64,000 nucleotides of DNA from an uncultured Bacilli bacterium. GTDB taxonomy: Bacteria > Bacillota_I > Bacilli_A > RF39 > UBA660. Positions 40,260 to 48,561 of the stretch are shown in pieces. Numbering within the stretch: position 1 is the first letter of the stretch; each line of letters starts with the position of its first letter. A program made the position numbers and the translations under genes. Location of the stretch: assembly GCA_934167875.1 (NCBI GenBank), contig CAKPMC010000004.1, forward strand, positions 21,214 to 85,213, read 5' to 3'. The notes beneath the pieces were generated by a model. It did not search any database and was not told the origin of the DNA. It saw nothing but the letters and a program-made list of their open reading frames with translations.

Positions 40260-42379
40260 TGTTAATGAACAATTTAATTTTTACAATGGCTAGTCGTGGT
40301 TGGGCATGGAATATTATCCGTTCACTATTTGGATGGTTAGATTCAGTTGCATACTTTTTATTTTCATCAGTAATGCAATTAATTTTTGATATTATATCTG
40401 TCACATCTGATCCAGCCTTTAATAATTTTTACAATGGTATACACTCAAGAATATATGCAATAATTGCCATATATATGTTATTTAAAATAACAATTTCATT
40501 GTTAACCTATTTAGTTAATCCTGATTCAATGAATGACAAAGAACGTGGCGTTGGTAAAATGGCAACTAGAGTTATAGTAGCGCTAGTAATGCTAATTGCC
40601 TTTCCTAATGCATTTTCATTTATTAATAAAATTCAACCTCATATTATAGAAGCAATTCCACGTGTTATTCTCGGAACAGAAACTACATCTTCTAGTGATA
40701 GCAGTGGTAGTGATTTAAGCAGTCAAATGGGGGATGTTGGAAAACAAATAGCTTTTGATACCTACAATGGTGTTTGGTTTAACGATAATTGTGCAGACAG
40801 TAATAATACAGATGCAGGCAAGTGTTTTGCTTATACAGATGATAGTGGAAAAGCTACAGTAGCAGTTGCTGTTGACCATATCAATGATGCAGCTGATGGT
40901 GATTCAGGTCAGTATAGATACAATTATTATCCATTAGTTGGATTTGTCACAGCTTTAATCATGACTATTATTTTACTTGGATATTGTGTTGATATATCCA
41001 TTCGTGTATTCAAATTAATAATTTTACAAATTATAGCGCCAATTCCAATCATTAGCTATATAGATCCAAAATCATCAAAAGATGGTGCATTTTCTAAGTG
41101 GTTAAAGATGGTTGGAAGTGTTTATTTAGATGTATTTATAAAACTAGCAATTATTTACTTTATTTTATTAGTTATATCTGAGTTAATAACAAGTGGTACG
41201 ATTGCTAATTTGACATTAAGTTTGTTTGGCAAACAAGGTACTTTCCGTTCAGGAATGGTAATGGTAGCTCTAGTTATGGGATTGTTCTTTTTTGCAAAAG
41301 AAGCACCAAAATTTATTGCCGATGCACTTGGAGTTAAAATGAGTGAAAATAGTCACTTATTTGGTGGACTTAGTAAGATAGCAGCCGCAGCAACTTTAGG
41401 GGCAGGTGCTATTGGTTCAGGAATTGCATCAGGTAGATCAAGCTTTATGGCTGATGAAGCTAATGGAAAAAATCATAATGTTGGACGTATATTTAAAAAT
41501 GTTGGTGCAGGCCTAGTTGGTGCAGCATCAGGACTTGGAACAGGTGCAAACGCAGCCTTGAATGCCAAAGATCATCATGCTAAAGCAGCTATGGATGCTA
41601 TGATAAAGCGTAACGCTAAAGTAAGTGCAATAGGAGCAGAGGGTGGTACTACTCTTGGAGGAGCAGCATCACTTATGGAAACTATGTTTACAGGTCAGAC
41701 ACCAATCGAGAGAATGGAAGCTGATTGGAAAAAACAAGAAGAAGCAATTAAATACGATAAGCAAAAAAATGCTGAACGTAAAGCCATCATGGATAGGGCA
41801 TCATCTAAAGGCTTGGAAAGTTATAAAACATCAGGAAATATAAGTAATTTTCAAGGAGCAAGTGGAAAAATATATAATTTGGACAATGCAAATGCCGCAA
41901 GTTATAATTCAGTTCTTGAAGCTGCAATGTCTGGTAATGGTATTTATCATACTTATTCTAATGGATATGGTGCCACATTTACACAGGAACAATATAATGC
42001 ACTAAGTGATGATCAAAAAGCTAATTGGACAGAAAGTGGTTCATTCTTTGATTTCAATGGTCAGTCTATTGATATAAGAGATGCAAAAATGTTGCAACAT
42101 GAAATTAACGATGCCAATATAGCTGATTATGCTGAACAAGCTTTAGCAGGTACAATAGATGATGCTGTTATTACTGGAGCAGACGAAAGATTTGCAGCTG
42201 CTAATAATGGTGTCGGTGTAGAAAGAACCTTCGGTGGTGCTGATGGTCTAAAAGCTACATTTGGAAGAGTTAATAATAACATTACTAGTCGTGAATTAGA
42301 AATTGCTAATCAGAAAAATGATCAAAATGTTAAGCGCCAACAAGCTAACAATAAAGTATTTAATAAGAATGGCAATTAG
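40253..42379 (+). CDS. VirB6/TrbL-like polytopic T4SS membrane protein with Gly/Ala-rich C-terminal domain (Tn916 Orf15 / TcpH-like)
   Basis: At least 7 TM helices in the first 370 aa, then a 330-aa hydrophilic G/A/N-rich domain. Positioned before the VirB3/VirB4 genes. Confidence 0.55.
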   Translation: MVMLMNNLIFTMASRGWAWNIIRSLFGWLDSVAYFLFSSVMQLIFDIISVTSDPAFNNFYNGIHSRIYAIIAIYMLFKITISLLTYLVNPDSMNDKERGVGKMATRVIVALVMLIAFPNAFSFINKIQPHIIEAIPRVILGTETTSSSDSSGSDLSSQMGDVGKQIAFDTYNGVWFNDNCADSNNTDAGKCFAYTDDSGKATVAVAVDHINDAADGDSGQYRYNYYPLVGFVTALIMTIILLGYCVDISIRVFKLIILQIIAPIPIISYIDPKSSKDGAFSKWLKMVGSVYLDVFIKLAIIYFILLVISELITSGTIANLTLSLFGKQGTFRSGMVMVALVMGLFFFAKEAPKFIADALGVKMSENSHLFGGLSKIAAAATLGAGAIGSGIASGRSSFMADEANGKNHNVGRIFKNVGAGLVGAASGLGTGANAALNAKDHHAKAAMDAMIKRNAKVSAIGAEGGTTLGGAASLMETMFTGQTPIERMEADWKKQEEAIKYDKQKNAERKAIMDRASSKGLESYKTSGNISNFQGASGKIYNLDNANAASYNSVLEAAMSGNGIYHTYSNGYGATFTQEQYNALSDDQKANWTESGSFFDFNGQSIDIRDAKMLQHEINDANIADYAEQALAGTIDDAVITGADERFAAANNGVGVERTFGGADGLKATFGRVNNNITSRELEIANQKNDQNVKRQQANNKVFNKNGN

Positions 42380-42399
42380 AAAGGAATGTGTGATATAAA

Positions 42400-42723
42400 G
42401 TGAATGATAATTATTTGATTCCTGCTAATACGAAAAGAGGACAATTAATATTAGGATTGTTTACTCCAATTGACTTAATAATCTTTTTAGGTGGATTGGC
42501 AGTAACCTTCCTTCTAATATCGATTTTACCAATGGATATTACTTGGGTAGCAATACTTTCAGTAGCACCGGGTATAATTTGTTCATTATTAGTTGCTCCA
42601 GTTGCCTACTACCATAACGTTAGGCAGCTAATTATTGAAATATATAAGTATTTTTCAGGAAGAAATCGTTTTGTATGGAAGGGTTGGTGTTTTCTAGATG
42701 AATCAGAAGATAAATCAAAGTAA
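42400..42723 (+). CDS. VirB3-like / PrgI-family small T4SS membrane protein
   Basis: 107 aa with two TM helices (LILGLFTPIDLIIFLGGLAVTFLLISIL...VAILSVAPGIICSLLVAPVAYY). Immediately upstream of, and overlapping, the VirB4 gene. Confidence 0.55.
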   Translation: MNDNYLIPANTKRGQLILGLFTPIDLIIFLGGLAVTFLLISILPMDITWVAILSVAPGIICSLLVAPVAYYHNVRQLIIEIYKYFSGRNRFVWKGWCFLDESEDKSK

Positions 42724-43249
42724 ATGGACTGAAGATTGGATAAATATTCAATCAATTACCAATGGTATGATTGTTTTACCAAATCAAGAAAAAGTATCAG
42801 GAGTAAAAATAACTCCACGTAATATCTTTATCCTAGATGAAGAATCACAAACAAGTGTATTAATAGCACTTAAGAATTTTTATAATACAATAGATTATGA
42901 GTTTTGGTTAGTTGTTGCCGATAGACCAGTTGATATATCAGTATATCTATCACAATTGCAACTTCAATACCAAAATCAAACTAATCAACAAGTAAGAAAA
43001 TTAATTAGTCAAGATATTCAAAAAGGTAATTACTTCATGAATAATAATGTTGTTGATACCGAATATTTCATCTTATTCAAAGAAAAAAATGTTGAACTTA
43101 TGCAAAAGAAGATTCGTTCTCTTATAAGCGGACTTTCAACAGCAGGTCTAATAGCTAGTCAAACTAGTAATGAAGATCTAAGAATAATACTAGATAATTT
43201 CTTAAACGGTGGTTCAACCACTACATTTGGGACGGTGATGCCTCTATGA
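42698..43249 (+). CDS. VirB4-family T4SS ATPase, N-terminal fragment (split gene)
   Basis: Typical N-terminal region of Gram-positive VirB4 proteins (IVLPNQEKVSGVKITPRNIFILDEESQ). Ends at a TGA that overlaps the ATG of the next ORF. Confidence 0.55.
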   Translation: MNQKINQSKWTEDWINIQSITNGMIVLPNQEKVSGVKITPRNIFILDEESQTSVLIALKNFYNTIDYEFWLVVADRPVDISVYLSQLQLQYQNQTNQQVRKLISQDIQKGNYFMNNNVVDTEYFILFKEKNVELMQKKIRSLISGLSTAGLIASQTSNEDLRIILDNFLNGGSTTTFGTVMPL

Positions 43250-45033
43250 GTATTTTCAAATCTGAAGTTGCTCCAAAAGGACTACAATTTAATCCAGGAG
43301 ATTTCGTTGTTAGCGGTAAATATGCTACTATCTTAACAGTAGTATCTTACCCTAAATACATTTATCCAGGATATTTATCATCACTAACAAGTATGTCTGG
43401 TATAAAGGTAGTTGCAAAACATATACCAGTACCTTTTTCAACAATGTCTAAAATGTTAAATAAACAAATTGCTGACTTAAAAACTAGATATCAAGATGAA
43501 AGAGATAATACTATTCGTGAAAGAATTAGACTTGATTATGAATCATTAGAACAATTCATAACTATGTTAGCTGGAAGTCAAGCTAAAATATTTGATTATC
43601 AAATGCATATCATGATTACAGCTGATAGCAGAGAAGATCTTGAATTAAAGAAAATAAATGTTAAAAACTACTTAGATGCTATGGAAATGAAAGGTGTTTC
43701 ACTTCGATTTGAACAGGAAAAGGTTCTTAAATCAATAGTACCAATTTTTCCTAAACAAGATGTAGAAAATCGTATTGGTACACCAATACCATCACCAACC
43801 ATTGCAGCAATGTATCCGTTTATCTTTGATAGTATAAAAGATCCAGGATTATCTACTTTATTAGGTGTTGATTTTTCTGGAGGTGTTATCTTATTTAATC
43901 AATTCTTATATCAAATTAAAAAAGAAAACAACCGTAATAATGCTAACCTTATAATTTTAGGTACTTCAGGATCAGGTAAATCAACAGCAGCTAAACTAAT
44001 GTTAAGAAGCCATATTCGTAATGGCTACCAGATAGTAGCAATTGATCCAGAAAATGAATTATATGAAATGGCTACAAACTTTGGTGGTGAATCAATCGAC
44101 CTTGGTAAAGGTGGGGAATATGGAATGGTTAACCCACTTCAAATCGTAATTGATGCTGATGAAGATGAAATTAAACAAGGATTAGGTTATACCGTTTTAA
44201 CTAGAACACTTCAATTCCTAAAAGGATTTATGAGATATTATGATCCATCTATTGAAGAAGATGTCCTAACTATGTTTAGTGAAGTAGTTCAAGATACATA
44301 TCGTCGTTTTGGTATCGATTTCAATAGTGATTTCTATAATTATCAAGCAAGTGATTATCCAACATTCTCAGATGTTTATGCAACTATTAAAGGCAGATTA
44401 TTATCTATGACAGATCAAACTCAGGAACGTACTATTATGGAAAAACTTGAATTAAAAGTAAGACCACTAACTCAAGAGTTAAAATATTATTTTGATGGTC
44501 ATACTACGGTTAATCCTAATACTGATTTTATTGTCTTTAATATAAAAGAATTAATGAATTCTGCTGATAATATTCGTAATGCTTTATTCTTTAACATTTT
44601 AAAATATGCTTGGGGCTTATGTCTTGATAAAAGCATAAATACATGTTTAATGGTAGATGAAGCCCACGTATTATTATCAGGAAGTAATGCTCTAGGAGCT
44701 GAATTCTTATCTCAAGTTCAACGTCGTGCTCGTAAATATAATACAGGTTCAATTATCATTACTCAACAACCTAGTGATTTCGCAGCACCTAGCGTTATTA
44801 TGCATGGTAAAGCTATATTCGATAATGCATCTTATTATTTAGTAATGGGCTTAAAGAAACAAGCAGTTGATGACTTAGGCAAATTAATTGATTTAAATGA
44901 AAATGAAAAAGAAAGTATAAAACGTTATTCACAAGGGGAAGCATTATTTGTTTGTGGAAATCGTCGTATGCGTATTAACGTTATTTTAACTCCAGAAGAA
45001 CTAGAATCATTTGGTTCAGGTGGAGGTTTATAG
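43246..45033 (+). CDS. VirB4-family T4SS ATPase, C-terminal ATPase part (Tn916 Orf16 / TcpF / PrgJ-like)
   Basis: Walker A LGTSGSGKST and Walker B LMVDEAHVLL. Combined with the upstream ORF the length is about 778 aa, typical of VirB4. The frame stays open upstream of the ATG. Confidence 0.8.
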   Translation: MSIFKSEVAPKGLQFNPGDFVVSGKYATILTVVSYPKYIYPGYLSSLTSMSGIKVVAKHIPVPFSTMSKMLNKQIADLKTRYQDERDNTIRERIRLDYESLEQFITMLAGSQAKIFDYQMHIMITADSREDLELKKINVKNYLDAMEMKGVSLRFEQEKVLKSIVPIFPKQDVENRIGTPIPSPTIAAMYPFIFDSIKDPGLSTLLGVDFSGGVILFNQFLYQIKKENNRNNANLIILGTSGSGKSTAAKLMLRSHIRNGYQIVAIDPENELYEMATNFGGESIDLGKGGEYGMVNPLQIVIDADEDEIKQGLGYTVLTRTLQFLKGFMRYYDPSIEEDVLTMFSEVVQDTYRRFGIDFNSDFYNYQASDYPTFSDVYATIKGRLLSMTDQTQERTIMEKLELKVRPLTQELKYYFDGHTTVNPNTDFIVFNIKELMNSADNIRNALFFNILKYAWGLCLDKSINTCLMVDEAHVLLSGSNALGAEFLSQVQRRARKYNTGSIIITQQPSDFAAPSVIMHGKAIFDNASYYLVMGLKKQAVDDLGKLIDLNENEKESIKRYSQGEALFVCGNRRMRINVILTPEELESFGSGGGL

Positions 45034-45059
45034 AAAAGTAGTAAAGGCAGGTGAGCTGT

Positions 45060-47804
45060 ATGGATGAAGAACAAGAAAATTTAGAAAAGCAAAAGCAAGC
45101 TGATAATAATCAAAAGACAGCTCACGTTGCTGGTAAAGCAGCAGCAACTTACTATGGAGGAGCTGCTGGTGGTCAACTATATGATGCAGCAAGTAAAACT
45201 AAAGTAGGGCAAGCAATAGAAAAGAATGCAGCTAAAAATATCAGTAACAATCCTGCTTTAAATAGAGCCAGTCAAAAGTTAAATGATGTTGGCGCTATGG
45301 ATGCCGCTGACAAGGGAATTGATTTAGCTGGTGGCAGTATGGGCAAGGGGGCACCTAATCCATCAGGTGGTGGCATGAACAAGCCAGGACTATCACCATC
45401 TACAGGTAGTGAAGGTGGTAAACCAGGTTTAGATCAAGGTAATAAAACTTCTAATTCTGGAGAGTCATCAAATTCAAATACAAATACCTCAGGTGGTAAA
45501 AAGAAATTAAACAATCTTTTCGGAAGTGGCGAAGGTAATGCCGATAGCTCAGATAGTTCAACTGAAAATGAAAGTTATGCTAGCAAAATATTTAAATTTA
45601 TAAAAAGTCATCCTAAACCATTCATCTCTATGGGTGGTGGTTTTCTACTAATATTAGTACTAATCATAGCAGTTATTTCGATAGCTGATTCGGTAGTGGG
45701 TGGCGTTATTGATTTTTTCAACAACGTAAAAGACACACTAATAGGTTTCTTCACAAAAGATGAAGAAGAATTAATGAATGATTATTATGATACATTAAAA
45801 AATACTCAAATAGATATCAATGAAGATTATAGTGTTTGTATTGATGTAAATTTAATAACAGCTGCTCTTACAGTTAATGTAGCTGCTGATGATTTTGTTA
45901 ACGATGGTGAACAGATTGATCCATCTGGAGACGGCGACACTACAACTAATGAAGATGGTACTCAATCTACTAAACCATATAAAAAAATGACAAAGCAAGT
46001 AAAACTTTTAGCATATATGCAACTTATGACTAGTAAATATGGTTTAGATAAAAGTTATAAAGAAACTAATGGTAGTTATTGTAGTAGTGACAATAAAACG
46101 CCAGTGTTAGTAGATAGTAGCAAAGTAAATGATTATGAAGGTGAAAAAACACCTTGGGTAAGTATAGATAGTTCAAATTTTGATTTAATATCTAGACATG
46201 ATTTGGGTGAAAATCTTAACTTTAAATTATTAAAAACAACGTCAGAAAAAAATTATGCCTATTATTTATATTATCCTAAATATAATTCTGATGGTAGTTG
46301 TGATGATTCATATGCTAAAGGTGCATTACCAGAAGAGAAAAAAGAGTTAAGTATAGGTGATTTAAAGACAAAAGAAGATTCTGTTTTCTACTGGAATTTA
46401 ATTAACTCATTTATACCAGATTATTATAAAGACTATTTACCAGATAAAGATGCTGCTAATTATGATGAAGCTGTAAAGAAAATAGCTGATGATATATATC
46501 TATTATATGCTGAAACAGGACCTAGCCAAACATGTGCTAGTAGTTATCAAGGACCATCTAGTCTATGTCCAAATGGTATAACCGTAGTTGGTAAAGATGG
46601 TAATGCTAGTACAATCGATTTTGAAGAATACATAGCTGGAGTTGTTTCAAATGAAGCTTATAGTAGTGAAGGAATGGAAGCACTAAAGGCACAAGCAGTA
46701 GCAGCTCGTACCTATGCTATTAATTTAACTAATTATTGTGAAAAAACTATTTCTAATAGTACCAATGCTCAAACATTTACCAAAGATATTAATGATAGAG
46801 CACGAGAAGCAGCAACCTCAACCGCTGGTGAAATACTAGTGGATTCAAATGGTAAAATCTTTGGAGCTCAGTATGATTCTTTCTGTTATGATGATAAAGA
46901 CTGTCCAGATGCTAAGAAAAATGCTGATGGAACATATTCAGTTACTTATACCAAAGTTCCTAATGGAGAAAAACATGTAATTACTTTAAGTGATCCTAAA
47001 CAATATGGAAGAATAACGCATGGTAAAGGACATGCTCATGGTATGAGTCAGTTATTATCATATCAAATGGCAAAAGAAGGAAAAACTTATCAAGAAATAT
47101 TATCTTATTTCTATTCAGATGGTGTAACAATTAATTTAGTATTATCACCAACTACTACTGAAGGTGGTACGATTATTAATAAACCAATTGAACACTATTT
47201 AAGTGCCGTTGGAACCAACATTAATAATATGAATCAAACTATCTATAGCCAAGTAAGAAAAGCAGGAGTTGGAACTAGAGAAGGTGTTGTGGCAGCTGCC
47301 GTAACCTTAATTAATAACTTCTATTCACAAACAGGATATCTTCTTCCATATGAGTTATATCCTAGTGGTAAATATTCAGGATATGGAATGGATCCAAGTT
47401 GGGGTACTAACACAGGAAGATCCGATTATCCTTCAAATGGTTTAGATTGTAGTGGCTTTGTTTCATGGGCTATTCATAATGGTGGCTTCAAGTACGAAGT
47501 AAAAAGTGCTAAAGGATGGGGCGATTCCAGCGCAAGAAGACCTTGGACTAAAGGAATGACTGATACCTCAGCTAAACCAGGTGATTTAATCTATAACGCA
47601 CCTCAAAGTGCTAATGGTACTACAGGTCATATTAGAATGATAGTTGAAGTTACCAAAGAAGGTTATGTTGTAGCTGAAGCAAGTTCTAGAAAAAATGGTG
47701 TTAGAATCAAAACCATTTCCTTTACAAGTACAGGTAATTATTATTTAGTTAATATGGATAACTATTATGCCAGTGCTACAAAAGTAACAGATTACCCACA
47801 ATAG
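45060..47804 (+). CDS. T4SS-associated cell-wall hydrolase: N-terminal G/S-rich region, TM, SpoIID/LytB-like domain and C-terminal NlpC/P60 peptidase (CwlT/TcpG/Orf14 analogue)
   Basis: SpoIID-like EYIAGVVSNEAYSSEGMEALKAQAVAARTYAIN and NlpC/P60 Cys-His region GLDCSGFVSWAIHNGG...TGHIRMIV. One TM near residue 200. Confidence 0.7.
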   Translation: MDEEQENLEKQKQADNNQKTAHVAGKAAATYYGGAAGGQLYDAASKTKVGQAIEKNAAKNISNNPALNRASQKLNDVGAMDAADKGIDLAGGSMGKGAPNPSGGGMNKPGLSPSTGSEGGKPGLDQGNKTSNSGESSNSNTNTSGGKKKLNNLFGSGEGNADSSDSSTENESYASKIFKFIKSHPKPFISMGGGFLLILVLIIAVISIADSVVGGVIDFFNNVKDTLIGFFTKDEEELMNDYYDTLKNTQIDINEDYSVCIDVNLITAALTVNVAADDFVNDGEQIDPSGDGDTTTNEDGTQSTKPYKKMTKQVKLLAYMQLMTSKYGLDKSYKETNGSYCSSDNKTPVLVDSSKVNDYEGEKTPWVSIDSSNFDLISRHDLGENLNFKLLKTTSEKNYAYYLYYPKYNSDGSCDDSYAKGALPEEKKELSIGDLKTKEDSVFYWNLINSFIPDYYKDYLPDKDAANYDEAVKKIADDIYLLYAETGPSQTCASSYQGPSSLCPNGITVVGKDGNASTIDFEEYIAGVVSNEAYSSEGMEALKAQAVAARTYAINLTNYCEKTISNSTNAQTFTKDINDRAREAATSTAGEILVDSNGKIFGAQYDSFCYDDKDCPDAKKNADGTYSVTYTKVPNGEKHVITLSDPKQYGRITHGKGHAHGMSQLLSYQMAKEGKTYQEILSYFYSDGVTINLVLSPTTTEGGTIINKPIEHYLSAVGTNINNMNQTIYSQVRKAGVGTREGVVAAAVTLINNFYSQTGYLLPYELYPSGKYSGYGMDPSWGTNTGRSDYPSNGLDCSGFVSWAIHNGGFKYEVKSAKGWGDSSARRPWTKGMTDTSAKPGDLIYNAPQSANGTTGHIRMIVEVTKEGYVVAEASSRKNGVRIKTISFTSTGNYYLVNMDNYYASATKVTDYPQ

Positions 47805-47813
47805 GAGGATATA

Positions 47814-48551
47814 ATGAAAAAGAAAATATTTATATTAACATTTTTACTCCTTTGTGTAACAGGTTGTAATGCTAATTACGATATAGAAATATATAATAAT
47901 CAAGTAAAAGAGGATATGCAATTTGTTGAATTAGATTCATCAGTTTGGGATAGTGAGGTACAATATGGCCTTAGTTACCGTAACTTATTAGAAGCTTCAA
48001 TTGATTATCCATATCCTGCTTTTAATGATGCTGTAGTAGATGAAGATGATACCATTAAATTAGAAGGTGTTGAATATTATGATAATACTTTAATATCAGA
48101 TAATCTTAAATTAGGACAAAGATTAAAATATAATAAATTTACTTTAAATGATTTCAGTAAGTCATCAATAGTTAGAAAATGTTATCAATATTTTACTGTT
48201 AAAGAAGAGGAAGATAATATAATAATTTCTACATCACTAGAAAACCTATGCTTTAGTGAATATCCAATCTTAGACAGAATAACTATAAATCTAAAAACAA
48301 ATCATAAAGTAGTTAGTAGTAATGCAACCAAGGTAAAAGGATATCACTATACATGGGATATTACTAGAGATAATAGTAGTGATAGTGCTATTTCAATTAC
48401 TCTTAAAAAAGATGATTATATTTTCAATTATGAAAATGAATTCATTAAAAAAATTATTTACATTGTTCTAATAGTTGGTATAATACTAAGTGTTAGTAGT
48501 ATATGTTACTTTTACTTTAAAAATAAGAATAAACGATTAAATGAAATCTAG
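47814..48551 (+). CDS. lipoprotein with C-terminal TM anchor, unknown function
   Basis: Lipobox LLCVTGC. Hydrophobic helix IIYIVLIVGIILSVSSICYF near the C-terminus. Confidence 0.45.
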   Translation: MKKKIFILTFLLLCVTGCNANYDIEIYNNQVKEDMQFVELDSSVWDSEVQYGLSYRNLLEASIDYPYPAFNDAVVDEDDTIKLEGVEYYDNTLISDNLKLGQRLKYNKFTLNDFSKSSIVRKCYQYFTVKEEEDNIIISTSLENLCFSEYPILDRITINLKTNHKVVSSNATKVKGYHYTWDITRDNSSDSAISITLKKDDYIFNYENEFIKKIIYIVLIVGIILSVSSICYFYFKNKNKRLNEI

Positions 48552-48561
48552 GAGGTAGTAT

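Noticed and set aside
41643-41843. 66-aa plus-strand ORF in an alternative frame inside the VirB6-like gene
   Set aside because: Overlaps the Gly/Ala-rich domain in another frame. Low-complexity DNA yields open alternative frames by chance.
47814-48551. Lipoprotein called as TcpC/VirB8-like T4SS component
   Set aside because: Known TcpC and Orf13 proteins are N-terminally TM-anchored and about 350 aa. This is a 245-aa lipoprotein with a C-terminal TM and no recognisable motif, so no basis for the call.
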